Positions 1 through 9,840 are shown, counted from the stretch's first letter. The stretch: 64,000 bases of DNA from a virus (IMGVR_UViG_3300000439_000004:98181-162180); one strand, 5' to 3'. Program-made: numbers and translations. The notes: generated from the letters alone by a model not told the origin.

Positions 1-684
1 TTTTCTAATTTGTTTATGGTAATAATCGGGATTAAAAAATAATGGATTACAGTGCCAATAATCACCATAACATTCAATTAATATTTTATTATTTATTAAA
101 ATATCAGGAAATGTTTTTCTCATTTTTAAATCTATAAATCCATTTGAATCAACTGTTAAATTTTTAATTTTTAATTTTAAAAATTCAAATATTTCTTTTT
201 CAAATTTAGATGTTCTTTTACCAACAAATTTAGACTTACACTCATTTGAACAATAACCTTCATCCTCCCAATTTGAACTAATATATACTTTATCACAAGA
301 ATTACATTTTCTTTTTATTCTACCTGATAAGTGTTTACATTCATTTGAACAAAATTTAGAAACTTTTCGATAATTCCAAGTTTCATATTCTTTACCACAA
401 TGATCACATGAAAATTTATTTTTTTTTAATTTTATAGTATTATTATTTTTCTGTTGATTCTTACTTGCACATGATATTGAACAAAATCTTCTTTTAGTGT
501 AATTTTGAACCTCAACTTCTTTATCACATTCTTCACATTTAATAATTTTTCTTTTTCTTAATGGATTTAATATTGTTGACATTGAATTGATTCTACATTC
601 ATTTGAACAATATTTTGAATGATCTCTATTTGTTAAAAATTCTTTATTACATTGTAAGCATATTTTTTCTTGTTTTTCACACAT
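1..684 (-). CDS. Free-standing Vsr/PD-(D/E)xK-like homing endonuclease with repeated CxxC..CSxxC zinc modules (runs off the window edge); lies in the break of the split dUTPase
   Basis: Hand translation from ATG 684: MCEKQEKICLQCNKEF..YCSNEC..CEECDK..FCSISC..CDHCGK..FCSNEC..CNSCDK..YCSNEC..TSKFEKEIFEFL..FPDILINNKILIECYGDYWHCNP; not in the ORF track because there is no stop in the window. Confidence 0.8.
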   Translation of the reverse strand, partial: MCEKQEKICLQCNKEFLTNRDHSKYCSNECRINSMSTILNPLRKRKIIKCEECDKEVEVQNYTKRRFCSISCASKNQQKNNNTIKLKKNKFSCDHCGKEYETWNYRKVSKFCSNECKHLSGRIKRKCNSCDKVYISSNWEDEGYCSNECKSKFVGKRTSKFEKEIFEFLKLKIKNLTVDSNGFIDLKMRKTFPDILINNKILIECYGDYWHCNPLFFNPDYYHKQIRK

Positions 685-740
685 ATAACCACATTCTATT
701 ACAATAAATATCCAATAGAATGTAAAAGAATACGATATAT

Positions 741-1433
741 TTACATAAATCTTAAGATTTCGTCATTTTCTGTTAAATCAAAAACTTTTTTCCATCCTGA
801 TTTAGTAAAAACTTCTTTTTCATGTGGTAATTCTACAATATCTCCATCTTCTGTGGTAATTCTCAATAAATCTTTATTTTCTACTATCCACATATCTGTA
901 ACCATATCAGTTTCTATTGAATTTAATTCTTCGTTATATGATAAAATTGGTATTGATATATTTTCAAATAAATCTTCAACATTAATATCCCCATTAATAG
1001 TTTTTATTTTTGTTCCAGATGGAACACAATCTACAACCCCAACTGCGTTACTTAATAATAAATCATATTCTCTAACAGAAGAACGTGGGAATATCAGTCC
1101 AACATATCCTCTAGGTATTTCCATGGCAATACCAAATCCATAAGTCACATCTCCATCAGTTTGATTAATTATTTCAGTAATTGTTAAATCCATACCAGCA
1201 TCACCATCTTTTGAATATGATGGTATAACTGCATTTGGATGTGTTTTTTTAACTTTAATTTCCATTGCTGATGAATTTGTTACCATAGTTTTTTGTACGT
1301 CAGTATTTAACTTTAATAACAAATCATCTAATTCACTTATAAAACCTAAATCAATTTCTTCATCATCTGATTTTAATTGACTTTCAAAATTTTGTAACTT
1401 ACTAATGTAGTCTTTAATCTCTTCTTTTTCCAT
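741..1433 (-). CDS. dut: dUTPase N-terminal fragment fused to the N-half of a split intein (ORF track starts at 1445)
   Basis: dUTPase motifs DAGMDL, PRSS, GVVD followed immediately by intein block A CVPSGTKIKT..GWKKVFDLTENDEIL and a stop; motifs 4-5 are absent. Confidence 0.88.
   Translation of the reverse strand: MEKEEIKDYISKLQNFESQLKSDDEEIDLGFISELDDLLLKLNTDVQKTMVTNSSAMEIKVKKTHPNAVIPSYSKDGDAGMDLTITEIINQTDGDVTYGFGIAMEIPRGYVGLIFPRSSVREYDLLLSNAVGVVDCVPSGTKIKTINGDINVEDLFENISIPILSYNEELNSIETDMVTDMWIVENKDLLRITTEDGDIVELPHEKEVFTKSGWKKVFDLTENDEILRFM
744..1028 (-). other. Split intein N-fragment (95 aa) in dUTPase motif 3
   Basis: Starts with Cys after GVVD and ends at a stop shortly after the GW..DL..xD motif. 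Confidence 0.85.
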
Positions 1434-1989
1434 GTTCTTTTTCATCTATTATTGCCAATTCTATTCCTTGTTTAACAATATTTGTTAATGCTTCTGAATA
1501 GAATTTAGCTTGTTTATCGGTTTCGTCTTTATCCAAATTTACGATTGCTTGGAACTCGATTTCCTTCAATTTAACACCATAATTAATTGCATAATATGCA
1601 GATCTTTCACCTGTTCTTAATGAAACAATATCATCGTTAAATTCATACATTTTACCTAAGTTTTTTCTATGCCATTCACTTGCATTTGGTTTAAATAAAA
1701 AGACTTTACCTATTTGTGAAAGAAATACACACTTAATAATGGATTCTTTATTTTGTCTAATTGTTTCAGGTAATAAATCATTAATTTGGACAGCGTATTT
1801 ACACGCTTTAATCAAATGATTTAATAAACCACCCGGAAAACAACCATACATCTCCAATGTGGGAGATGCTGGTGAAATATAAAATCCATCACCTAAAAAA
1901 TCTAATAATTCTGGTGTGAAAATTTCATATTTATTATTTGTTTCAATAAACTTTTGTTTATTTGCATCTAATTGTTGTGTTGTTAACAT
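1414..1989 (-). CDS. Degenerate HD-domain protein
   Basis: PAS..YGCFPGGLLNH..FLSQIGK resembles PAS..YH..PGGL..H..LLHDxGK with the metal ligands replaced. Confidence 0.55.
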   Translation of the reverse strand: MLTTQQLDANKQKFIETNNKYEIFTPELLDFLGDGFYISPASPTLEMYGCFPGGLLNHLIKACKYAVQINDLLPETIRQNKESIIKCVFLSQIGKVFLFKPNASEWHRKNLGKMYEFNDDIVSLRTGERSAYYAINYGVKLKEIEFQAIVNLDKDETDKQAKFYSEALTNIVKQGIELAIIDEKEHGKRRD

Positions 1990-1996
1990 AATTTTT

Positions 1997-2185
1997 TTAT
2001 TTAATATAATCCCGATTTTCTTTTTTTGCTAAACTTAATTTTAGTTGTAGATGGTCAATTAATTTTTTGTAATTAATTCTGTCAGAATCACTCATTTTTT
2101 TAGTATCTAACTCAAATTTTCTTTTAGCAATTAAACCTTCAAGTAATTCAATAAAAGTTATTACTTTAAATTTTTTTATACCCAT
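1997..2185 (-). CDS. Hypothetical protein
   Basis: 62-aa ORF tightly packed in the operon. Confidence 0.6.
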   Translation of the reverse strand: MGIKKFKVITFIELLEGLIAKRKFELDTKKMSDSDRINYKKLIDHLQLKLSLAKKENRDYIK

Positions 2186-2188
2186 TAA

Positions 2189-2422
2189 TTAACCTTTATA
2201 AAATTCGGGAGTATTTTTTTTGTCAATAACACATTCAATTGGTAGTTTAACAATTGATAGAGTTTCGCTTGCTCTGATATCACCTTCTCTGTATTTTGCG
2301 GCAACTAACATTGCTTCCTCAGCAGATTCTGCTTCTAAAGCGTACTTTAATTTTTGAAGACGGTTATTTCCGTTTCTGTCTACTTGTTCGGTTTCATAAC
2401 CGATTGTAACTAAATAATGCAT
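2189..2422 (-). CDS. Hypothetical protein
   Basis: 77-aa ORF preceded by a promoter motif. Confidence 0.7.
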   Translation of the reverse strand: MHYLVTIGYETEQVDRNGNNRLQKLKYALEAESAEEAMLVAAKYREGDIRASETLSIVKLPIECVIDKKNTPEFYKG

Positions 2423-2442
2423 ATTTTATAATTTTAATAAAT

Positions 2443-2474
2443 CAAATATAATCAATATTTTTTGATTTACCAAA
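2443..2474 (-). promoter_or_regulatory. Bacteroidota-type sigma promoter (-33 TTTG / -7 TATATTTG)
   Basis: Plus strand caaatata at 2443-2450 and caaa at 2471-2474, 20-nt spacer. Confidence 0.6.
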
Positions 2475-4838
2475 TTATTGGGTGATAGTTTTAAAAAACT
2501 CCACTCTATCTTTACATACATTCCTCAATGCAAATTTATCTTTAACAGTTTCATAAAGACGATTACCAAGATCTTCAATCATATTGGGATTATCCACTAA
2601 ACGTTTCATATGTTTACCCCAATCTTTATGGTTTCTATTAGGGTCTACTAATAGAGCATTACCTTTATCATTAAATTTACCACTATCTACCGCAGATATT
2701 AAATCCAAATTATATGGTTTAACATTACTAGCAATTAACGCCTTTTTATGGAAACCTGCTTCAATAACCTTTAATTGTGATTTATTTGCATTAAAATGAG
2801 ACTCTGCTAATGGTGCTAAAGAAATATCAAAATAGTTATAATTTATGGCATATTTTGCAACATCCAATGTCCATCTTCTTCTATATGTTTCATTATCATC
2901 TTTATATTCAGGGGATGGTGTAAATGATTTAAGATAAGTTTCGTATGTAGGATTAGTTACTCGATAATTATCGGTAAATATTTGTTCATACTTATACCAA
3001 ACTGTTTCTTCTGGTTTTATTGGTCTTTGTGTTACTTGTTTTGTGTCTGGATTAAATTCACTAACAGTACCTCTAGTATCAAATCCACATAGTACAAATT
3101 GAGTATTTTCAGGTTTTTCATGTTGGATACTTGAAATACCATTTCTAAGTAATTCTAGGTCATGTAAGTGACTATTACCTATCCAAAATGGTTTACCATT
3201 TCTTCTAACATAAATAATGTGATTAGTAACCTCAACACAATAAACAAATCCATTGTAGTATCTTTGATATTGTTCATTACTTTTTACTAATGGTGTTGAT
3301 TTATTATGTTTACTAATATTTGGATTTTTTGAAAAATTAATTTGATAACTATCAAATTGATTTATAATTTGTCTACCTTTAATATATGATGTTCTTTTAC
3401 CTCTATTTTTAATCGTACTTGGTAAACCAATTTTTAATGATATTTCTTGTAAATCGTCAATTAATGATTTAGAACTACTCCACGCTCTTTTTCTTTTATA
3501 AATATTATTTTCAATATTACCATCACCATTTATAAACCATTCTAAAAATATATTTAATTGTCTACTAGATAATTCTTTTAAATCTTTTGGAATAAATTTA
3601 TCATTTGCATAACCAAATTGTGAAAGATAATACCATAATTGTTTATCAAATATACGAATTTGTTTTTTATCTTTACTATATATTGGTTTAAATCCCATTT
3701 TTTCCAATAAATTAAACATCGTTTCAAGATAATTATTATCTTTAATTTGTGCAATACCAACCTGGTGTAAACCTTTAGTTTTACTTGTCCAACCTTCTGC
3801 CATCCAAAAACCAAAAAATTTTAACCAATCATCCATTTCAAATTCTTTTTCATTTCCATATTTATTAAATAAACGTGTTGTTTTAATAAATTTTTTAGAT
3901 ATGATATTATCTATTTCAGATGTTTCCAATTCTAATTCTTCATAAAATTCAATGCTAGGTAATGTAAAAAATTCTTTTTCAATACCATTCCATATAGCAT
4001 CTCTTTTAACGTGGAAATTTTTTCCATGTATTTTTTCCGATTGTACTAACCCCAAATTTAATTTTTTATGACCCAAATGTTTTATTTCAGACGCATACAT
4101 ATTATGATTTGGTGTTACTTCGTACTCAATTAATTTATTTTTACCACAATTTAAATTACCTTTAAATGGTTCACAAATATATCCAGATGGTTTATGATAT
4201 TCAATTTCATTTGTATTTGGATTTAATGTTGCAACTTTTTCAGTTTTATCTAATTGATCAAATCTTATCCAACCATTATCTGTTAATATTTCTGTATCAG
4301 GTGTCATACAACTTCCCCCTAACCATCCGAATCTAATTTTATCAGATTTAAATGGTTTTGGTTGGAATTGTGGTTCTTCATCATTAACCGCATTTGGAAA
4401 TATTGTTGTATTTTTTAACCCTAATTTTTCTTTAATTGTATTTGCAAATATAGTTGTTGTTGTGGTAATATGGTCAACCAATCTTAACATCTCAATTTTT
4501 TTCTCACCAATTTTATGTTCTTTAACTTGGTGGTACATTGGGTGTCTCATATCAACAAACCAAAGGTCATCAATATCCATTACTGTTTTAATTCCCTTTT
4601 CTTTTAACCATTTAATACGAGCAATATTTGCTTCATGGGTTGTAGGTACAACAAAACTATGGAAAACAACTACATTATAATCTTTGAAGAAATCATCATT
4701 ATCTTCAGGATTAAAAGAAATATCTACATGTATTTCATCTGAGTAGTTATCACCAATATATCTAAATGGATCTAAAATTCTAAATTTACCTACACCGAAT
4801 TTATCTGATGGGATTGCTAATATCTTTATTTTTGACAT
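2475..4838 (-). CDS. GT-B (GT4-like) glycosyltransferase containing a LAGLIDADG intein
   Basis: DIDDLW, FPNAV, GWLGGS|..|SHLHDL, DISLAPL..FNANKSQLKVIEAG..IASNVKPY. Confidence 0.85.
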   Translation of the reverse strand: MSKIKILAIPSDKFGVGKFRILDPFRYIGDNYSDEIHVDISFNPEDNDDFFKDYNVVVFHSFVVPTTHEANIARIKWLKEKGIKTVMDIDDLWFVDMRHPMYHQVKEHKIGEKKIEMLRLVDHITTTTTIFANTIKEKLGLKNTTIFPNAVNDEEPQFQPKPFKSDKIRFGWLGGSCMTPDTEILTDNGWIRFDQLDKTEKVATLNPNTNEIEYHKPSGYICEPFKGNLNCGKNKLIEYEVTPNHNMYASEIKHLGHKKLNLGLVQSEKIHGKNFHVKRDAIWNGIEKEFFTLPSIEFYEELELETSEIDNIISKKFIKTTRLFNKYGNEKEFEMDDWLKFFGFWMAEGWTSKTKGLHQVGIAQIKDNNYLETMFNLLEKMGFKPIYSKDKKQIRIFDKQLWYYLSQFGYANDKFIPKDLKELSSRQLNIFLEWFINGDGNIENNIYKRKRAWSSSKSLIDDLQEISLKIGLPSTIKNRGKRTSYIKGRQIINQFDSYQINFSKNPNISKHNKSTPLVKSNEQYQRYYNGFVYCVEVTNHIIYVRRNGKPFWIGNSHLHDLELLRNGISSIQHEKPENTQFVLCGFDTRGTVSEFNPDTKQVTQRPIKPEETVWYKYEQIFTDNYRVTNPTYETYLKSFTPSPEYKDDNETYRRRWTLDVAKYAINYNYFDISLAPLAESHFNANKSQLKVIEAGFHKKALIASNVKPYNLDLISAVDSGKFNDKGNALLVDPNRNHKDWGKHMKRLVDNPNMIEDLGNRLYETVKDKFALRNVCKDRVEFFKTITQ
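3174..4310 (-). mobile_element. Cis-intein (379 aa) with LAGLIDADG endonuclease
   Basis: CMTPDTEILT..VTPNH..FGFWMAEGW..FINGDG..VYCVEV..WIGN|S. Confidence 0.92.
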
Positions 4839-4888
4839 AAAATTTGTTTATACGTCAATAATAATATATATAATCCAAAAAGAAAAGG

Positions 4889-5635
4889 TTATTTCGCCTT
4901 GTTAACTTTAGTAATTTTTCCTGAAAATACTGAATCACCAACTTTAACAACTAAATTTTCATTTATTGAAGTTGTTTTTTGTGCGGTCAATAATTGATTT
5001 AATTTTTCATCCATTATTTTACGAATAGTATTTTCAATGATAGGTGTTAACGCAGTTATAATTTCATTAACATCTTGTTTTGAATGAATTACTTGTGTTT
5101 GTTGTGGTCTTGATGATGTTTTTGATTTACTTGGTCCAACACCTTCTTGTTCCATTAATTTTCTTGCTTTATTAACAAAATTAATATCAAGTGAATCTGC
5201 CAATGATATTTGTTGTGGTTGTTGTATAGGATGTTCTATCATTAGTTTTTTTATATTTTCTGGTAGTTTAGTGTTTTGTATTCTATTAACGTCTAAAACA
5301 TTTGAGCTAACTGGTCTTGTTGGGGCTGGTCTTGATTCTTCCATCATACCCATCATATCATATCCACCCATTTGTTGTGGCATATGTCTTTGTTGTGGTA
5401 CCATTCTTTGTTGTGGTACCATTCTTTGTTGTGGTACCATTCTTTGTTGTGGCATCATTGGTTGGTTCATACCCATTCCACTTGAAGCTAATTCTTCAGG
5501 TGCAGATCTTAAAACTTGTTCATTTACATTGCCAGTTTCATAATCACCATTATCCACTTTATTCATTATTTTTTTTGCTTGTACTAATCTCATCATTAAA
5601 TCATTTTCTGAGATTACTCCATTTCCTTGTTGCAT
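4889..5635 (-). CDS. Hypothetical protein with QQRMVP repeats
   Basis: 248-aa ORF, M/Q/P-rich linker. Confidence 0.75.
   Translation of the reverse strand: MQQGNGVISENDLMMRLVQAKKIMNKVDNGDYETGNVNEQVLRSAPEELASSGMGMNQPMMPQQRMVPQQRMVPQQRMVPQQRHMPQQMGGYDMMGMMEESRPAPTRPVSSNVLDVNRIQNTKLPENIKKLMIEHPIQQPQQISLADSLDINFVNKARKLMEQEGVGPSKSKTSSRPQQTQVIHSKQDVNEIITALTPIIENTIRKIMDEKLNQLLTAQKTTSINENLVVKVGDSVFSGKITKVNKAK
5387..5452. repeat. 18-bp coding tandem repeat (about 3.7 copies)
   Basis: tctttgttgtggtaccat repeated. Confidence 0.9.
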
Positions 5636-5666
5636 ATTTAATATATTTTATTAATTATAATTATTA

Positions 5667-6392
5667 TTATGATAACATTAAAGTTTTAATTCTTTTAATA
5701 TTTTCTTTTAATGTTTCATCTTCTGGATTTTCTTCCGGTTTTTCTTCGGGTTTTGGTTGTGGTAATTCAGTAGATGGTTTTATTTCTTTATTTGGTTCAA
5801 CCGGAGTTGGTTCAGGTTTCACCTCTGGTTTTGGTTGAGGTAATTCTGTTGGTTTAGTTGGTTCAACAGGGGGTTTTACTTCGGGTTTTGGTTGAGGTAA
5901 TTCCGGTTCAACTTTTTTAATTGGTTCTTTTATAGGTTTTGGTTTTGGTTCTTTTTTAACCGGTGTTGTTGTATCCCAATTTGATTTAACATACGTAACT
6001 CTCATTCCACCATATCTTGGAGTTTCATCACCTTCTTTATAACCTGGTCTTTTTTCATTGAATTGGGTATTATTATTAACTTGAACATTACTCATTCTAC
6101 TAACCATAAATGTTCTCCATCCGTGTTCATTAAAACCTTTTTTTGAAACAGAAGGTGGTTGTACATACGCTCTAATCACTAAATTACCTTTACTATTAAC
6201 ACCCATAGCAACCGCCTCTGCGTTAATCCTTTTTCCTTGTTTAACACTTTTTTCTTTTGGTTTTTTTGGACCTGTATAATAAAAGGTAATAGGATTCCTA
6301 TTAACAATTGCATCGACAATTGGTTTACTTTGTCTTGTTTTAAGAACATTTTGTTCTTCAAGTATTTTAAAAAATAATTTAGTTAATTTCAT
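5667..6392 (-). CDS. WYL-like domain protein with Pro/Glu/Lys-rich linker
   Basis: ITFYY..KRINAEAVAMG..VIRAY..GWRTFMVSRMSNV; ELPQPKPE repeats; likely start MKLTK at 6392. Confidence 0.6.
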   Translation of the reverse strand: MKLTKLFFKILEEQNVLKTRQSKPIVDAIVNRNPITFYYTGPKKPKEKSVKQGKRINAEAVAMGVNSKGNLVIRAYVQPPSVSKKGFNEHGWRTFMVSRMSNVQVNNNTQFNEKRPGYKEGDETPRYGGMRVTYVKSNWDTTTPVKKEPKPKPIKEPIKKVEPELPQPKPEVKPPVEPTKPTELPQPKPEVKPEPTPVEPNKEIKPSTELPQPKPEEKPEENPEDETLKENIKRIKTLMLS

Positions 6393-6393
6393 A

Positions 6394-6837
6394 TTAAAAA
6401 TCAGGATATGTTTTTTTTCCATTATATTTATTCGATGCAATTTCATTATTTCTATTATTTATGTCAAGTGGAGTTACTGCTTGATCATTATTTAATGTTG
6501 AATAAGCATCATTGGAGTTATACTGATTAGTTGCATTATATGTATTGATTGCTTCTTCTGTGGTTCTATTAGTAATATCCAGTGGAGTTACCGCCAAATC
6601 TTTATTTATTACTGAATAAGCAACATTAGAACCATATGGTTTATTAGGACCATATGTGTTAATTGACTGTTCAGTATTTCTATTATTAATATCAACGGGT
6701 GTTACTGCTTGATCATTATGTAGTGATGAGTATGCGTCATTACTATCATAAATTGAACTTGGGTTATACTTATTTACCGCAATTTCTGTCGGTCTTAATT
6801 CATTTGCAATTGCTTCTAATGGTGAAATATTTGGCAT
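6394..6837 (-). CDS. Hypothetical protein with three 38-aa repeats
   Basis: SNDAYS..NDQAVTPxDINNR..E..xNxY repeated three times. Confidence 0.75.
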   Translation of the reverse strand: MPNISPLEAIANELRPTEIAVNKYNPSSIYDSNDAYSSLHNDQAVTPVDINNRNTEQSINTYGPNKPYGSNVAYSVINKDLAVTPLDITNRTTEEAINTYNATNQYNSNDAYSTLNNDQAVTPLDINNRNNEIASNKYNGKKTYPDF

Positions 6838-6838
6838 G

Positions 6839-7336
6839 TTAATATGTTATTAATTTTTTTATTTTTTCAATTTCCTCAAATAAACCTAATGAAACTATTG
6901 GGGATATTGATGATTTATGTGAATTACTTTTAATCAAATTTGTTGGTACAGTAAATCCAAATTTTTTTGTATGTTTTTTTAAATATGAATTTTTTCTTTC
7001 TCCAGTAATTGCTGACATTTCATCAGCATCTTTTCTTCCTTCTTTCCTATTATCAATTAAATCGCGTTCACCTTGTAAATGTTTTTTTGACCAATTATCC
7101 ATTAATTGACCACCATAAAGATTATATCTAACTCTATCTTTAATTTTATCAATAGTTTGTAAATCATGGATAATTCTTTTTAATTGTCCATAAGTTACTT
7201 TTTTATCGTTTAATATATTTTGAGCACGTTGAACACCATGTGTATTCTTATCTTGTAAACCAGTTATTGTATGGTTAATTAGATTAAGAATATCTTGTGG
7301 GACATCAAAAACTCTATCTTTTAATTCTCTATTCAT
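6839..7336 (-). CDS. Hypothetical protein (possible internal head protein)
   Basis: 165-aa ORF ending LFEEIEKIKKLITY. Confidence 0.7.
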   Translation of the reverse strand: MNRELKDRVFDVPQDILNLINHTITGLQDKNTHGVQRAQNILNDKKVTYGQLKRIIHDLQTIDKIKDRVRYNLYGGQLMDNWSKKHLQGERDLIDNRKEGRKDADEMSAITGERKNSYLKKHTKKFGFTVPTNLIKSNSHKSSISPIVSLGLFEEIEKIKKLITY

Positions 7337-8082
7337 TATTTTAAATGTTTCAAAATATCCTTTAATGATAAATTGTGACTATCCAAACTATTTTTTAATG
7401 ATTTTAATTGTTTTAAAACAATTGGGTTAATTTCTTTTTCTTCATCCAAATCATTATCAAGAATATCATTTGGATCATTTTTTCTTGATAAGATACTTTC
7501 AAGATATTCTTCCATGAATTTTTTAGGATTTTCAACTAATCTAATTTTATCATCAGGTAGTTTTTGATCATAACCCATTTGACCTAATCTTTCAATAGCT
7601 TCTTCATGTGTTAAACCTAATTCTTTTGTAAAATGTCTATAAGCTTCTTTAAAACTTTCATCATCACCTAAAGTATCTTCATAACCTAAAGATTTACTCA
7701 AATCTGCTTCTGACATACCAAAATATTTCATTGACACAGCACCATATGCACTAGATGACCCCATTTGTCCTGTTGACATTTTAACGACTTCATCAGTAGT
7801 TTTATTGTCTGTAACACCTTTGGTATTGAAATCTGTTGGTTTTTTACCTCTAGCAATGTTTCCTTCATCATCAACGATTTCATCAACCTCTTTTTTAGGT
7901 TTTTTAACTTTTTTTGGTAAATGTTTAAAATCTGTTTTATCTGAAAATTCATGAGCCATTTTACCCCATTTTTTCCTTTCTTTTGGTGAGGTTGATTTAT
8001 CTCCCGCTTTTGCATAGAAAAATTTTTGTTGTGCTTTTGACACAAATTTCTCTTCTATTATCTGTTTTATAAAATTATTCAT
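7336..8082 (-). CDS. Hypothetical protein (possible internal head protein)
   Basis: 248-aa ORF starting MNNFIKQIIEEK. Confidence 0.7.
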   Translation of the reverse strand: MNNFIKQIIEEKFVSKAQQKFFYAKAGDKSTSPKERKKWGKMAHEFSDKTDFKHLPKKVKKPKKEVDEIVDDEGNIARGKKPTDFNTKGVTDNKTTDEVVKMSTGQMGSSSAYGAVSMKYFGMSEADLSKSLGYEDTLGDDESFKEAYRHFTKELGLTHEEAIERLGQMGYDQKLPDDKIRLVENPKKFMEEYLESILSRKNDPNDILDNDLDEEKEINPIVLKQLKSLKNSLDSHNLSLKDILKHLK

Positions 8083-8135
8083 TAAATATTGCTTTTATAT
8101 AAATATCAAAAGTTATTAAAGATATTTATATAATT

Positions 8136-9452
8136 ATGGCAAGTCAAAATATTTTTAATTATTATGGTATTAAATTAGATGGTAAGGTGGATTTTTCTGA
8201 GGTATATGACTATGAAATCACAAAAAATGATTTAGATTATAATTCAGATGTTATCCAATTTAATTACGATATCACATATACATCTCTTACAATAAATAGT
8301 GGTTTAAGTGGATTTACTTGTGTTAGAGACTCTATTACAATTAGTGATGGTACAAGTAATTATACCTTTGATTACAATGATTTTATTAATTTTTTTGGTG
8401 ATCAATATGAATATATAATATTAAATAATGATGTTTATGTCAATTTAGATGGTATTACATATTATAATATTATTAGTTATAATGATATTATTAACACCCC
8501 TTCTTCATGGTTAATAAATAATTTATCAGGGTCAACAATAGAATGCGAAAGTAAAATAACCAATTCATCAAATTGTTGTCCACCTTCTCCACAATTGGAA
8601 AATAAACCTTGGGCTTATAAATTTAATACCGGTGGTGGAAATGATTATTGTTCACCATATATTAAAAGAAGAACAGAAAAAGGTTGGACTTTAGATTTTA
8701 TTTTTAATAGAGAACATAGTGGTTGGACTGAAGGTTCTGTTTTTTATTATATTGGTGTAAGAGGTGAAGATAATGTTGCAAATTATGCAGATAATAACTT
8801 ATCTTTTCAATTTACACCTGATGGTAGAATAAAATTTATTTCTGTTAGATATTCTGGTGTTTGTGACCCGGTATCAGGTTATAGTGATGGTTATTATATT
8901 GAAAGTGGTCAAACCCCAACTTTATGTACAACAGGTGATACAAAAGATTTTAATGTAACTATTGTATTTGATAGAGATTATAGATTAACAGATTGTAATA
9001 TTGAAAATGATGGTGGTTGGAATGATCTAATTGAGGAATATGTAATAACACCATTAGACACAACTGATTCTGAAATAACATCAACTCAAATTGCAACATT
9101 TAATACATATGAGATTTTGAATAAAAAATGGGAATCAGAAATAAAACAAAGATTGGGAACATTGAAAATATATTTAAATGGTAATCCAATTTATAAAATA
9201 AAAGAATGGGAAGAGATTATACCATCAACAAGGGGAACTCAACCATTTATTCAATCTTGGGGTGGTGGAACAGGTTTAATGGGTGGTATTCATGAAGGTA
9301 CATGTTGTTTTGATATAAAAAGTATTAAATATTATGAAGAACCTCTAGATTATTTTCATGTTAGACATAATTTCCTAATGTCATTAAAAAGTGGTGATTA
9401 TGATTATTTCATATGTGGAAATAATTGTGTGGATAATGTAACCGCATTATAA
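8136..9452 (+). CDS. Putative virion structural protein (beta-rich, possibly lectin/LamG-like)
   Basis: N/T/S/Y-rich; LKIYLNG..IKYYEEPL; TATTTATA motif upstream. Confidence 0.5.
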   Translation: MASQNIFNYYGIKLDGKVDFSEVYDYEITKNDLDYNSDVIQFNYDITYTSLTINSGLSGFTCVRDSITISDGTSNYTFDYNDFINFFGDQYEYIILNNDVYVNLDGITYYNIISYNDIINTPSSWLINNLSGSTIECESKITNSSNCCPPSPQLENKPWAYKFNTGGGNDYCSPYIKRRTEKGWTLDFIFNREHSGWTEGSVFYYIGVRGEDNVANYADNNLSFQFTPDGRIKFISVRYSGVCDPVSGYSDGYYIESGQTPTLCTTGDTKDFNVTIVFDRDYRLTDCNIENDGGWNDLIEEYVITPLDTTDSEITSTQIATFNTYEILNKKWESEIKQRLGTLKIYLNGNPIYKIKEWEEIIPSTRGTQPFIQSWGGGTGLMGGIHEGTCCFDIKSIKYYEEPLDYFHVRHNFLMSLKSGDYDYFICGNNCVDNVTAL

Positions 9453-9471
9453 AAAAATAATATTTATTAAT

Positions 9472-9840
9472 ATGGAATTTTATATAAGACAAGGGGCAAG
9501 TGACCCAATTTTAAAGTTAAAGTTAATTGATGATGGTATAAATGATAAATCATCAATTAATGATTTATTGGAAAATTCTGATATTACATTTGAAATGTCA
9601 GAATATAAAACAAATATTCCTGTTATATTGAATGGTACTTGTTGGACAACATCAAGAACTAAAAAATATGATATGACTACTGATGAATATTACATTACAT
9701 TTAGATTTACAGAAGAACAAACATGTCAAATAGGTAAATTTGAAGGTAAATTTATTGTTCAATTTTTAGATACAAATCAAGACCCAACTACTAAGTTAAT
9801 TCTACCTGTAAAAGAGAAACTATACATCAATATTTTTTAA
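9472..9840 (+). CDS. Small putative structural protein (BppU N-domain-like)
   Basis: FYIRQG..GKFEGKFIVQF..LP pattern. Confidence 0.45.
   Translation: MEFYIRQGASDPILKLKLIDDGINDKSSINDLLENSDITFEMSEYKTNIPVILNGTCWTTSRTKKYDMTTDEYYITFRFTEEQTCQIGKFEGKFIVQFLDTNQDPTTKLILPVKEKLYINIF

Noticed and set aside
670-1143. Antisense and alternate-frame ORFs in the track (e.g. 670-1143, 5317-5838, 15756-16055, 42692-42961)
   Set aside because: They are shadow ORFs overlapping well-supported genes and have no recognisable motifs
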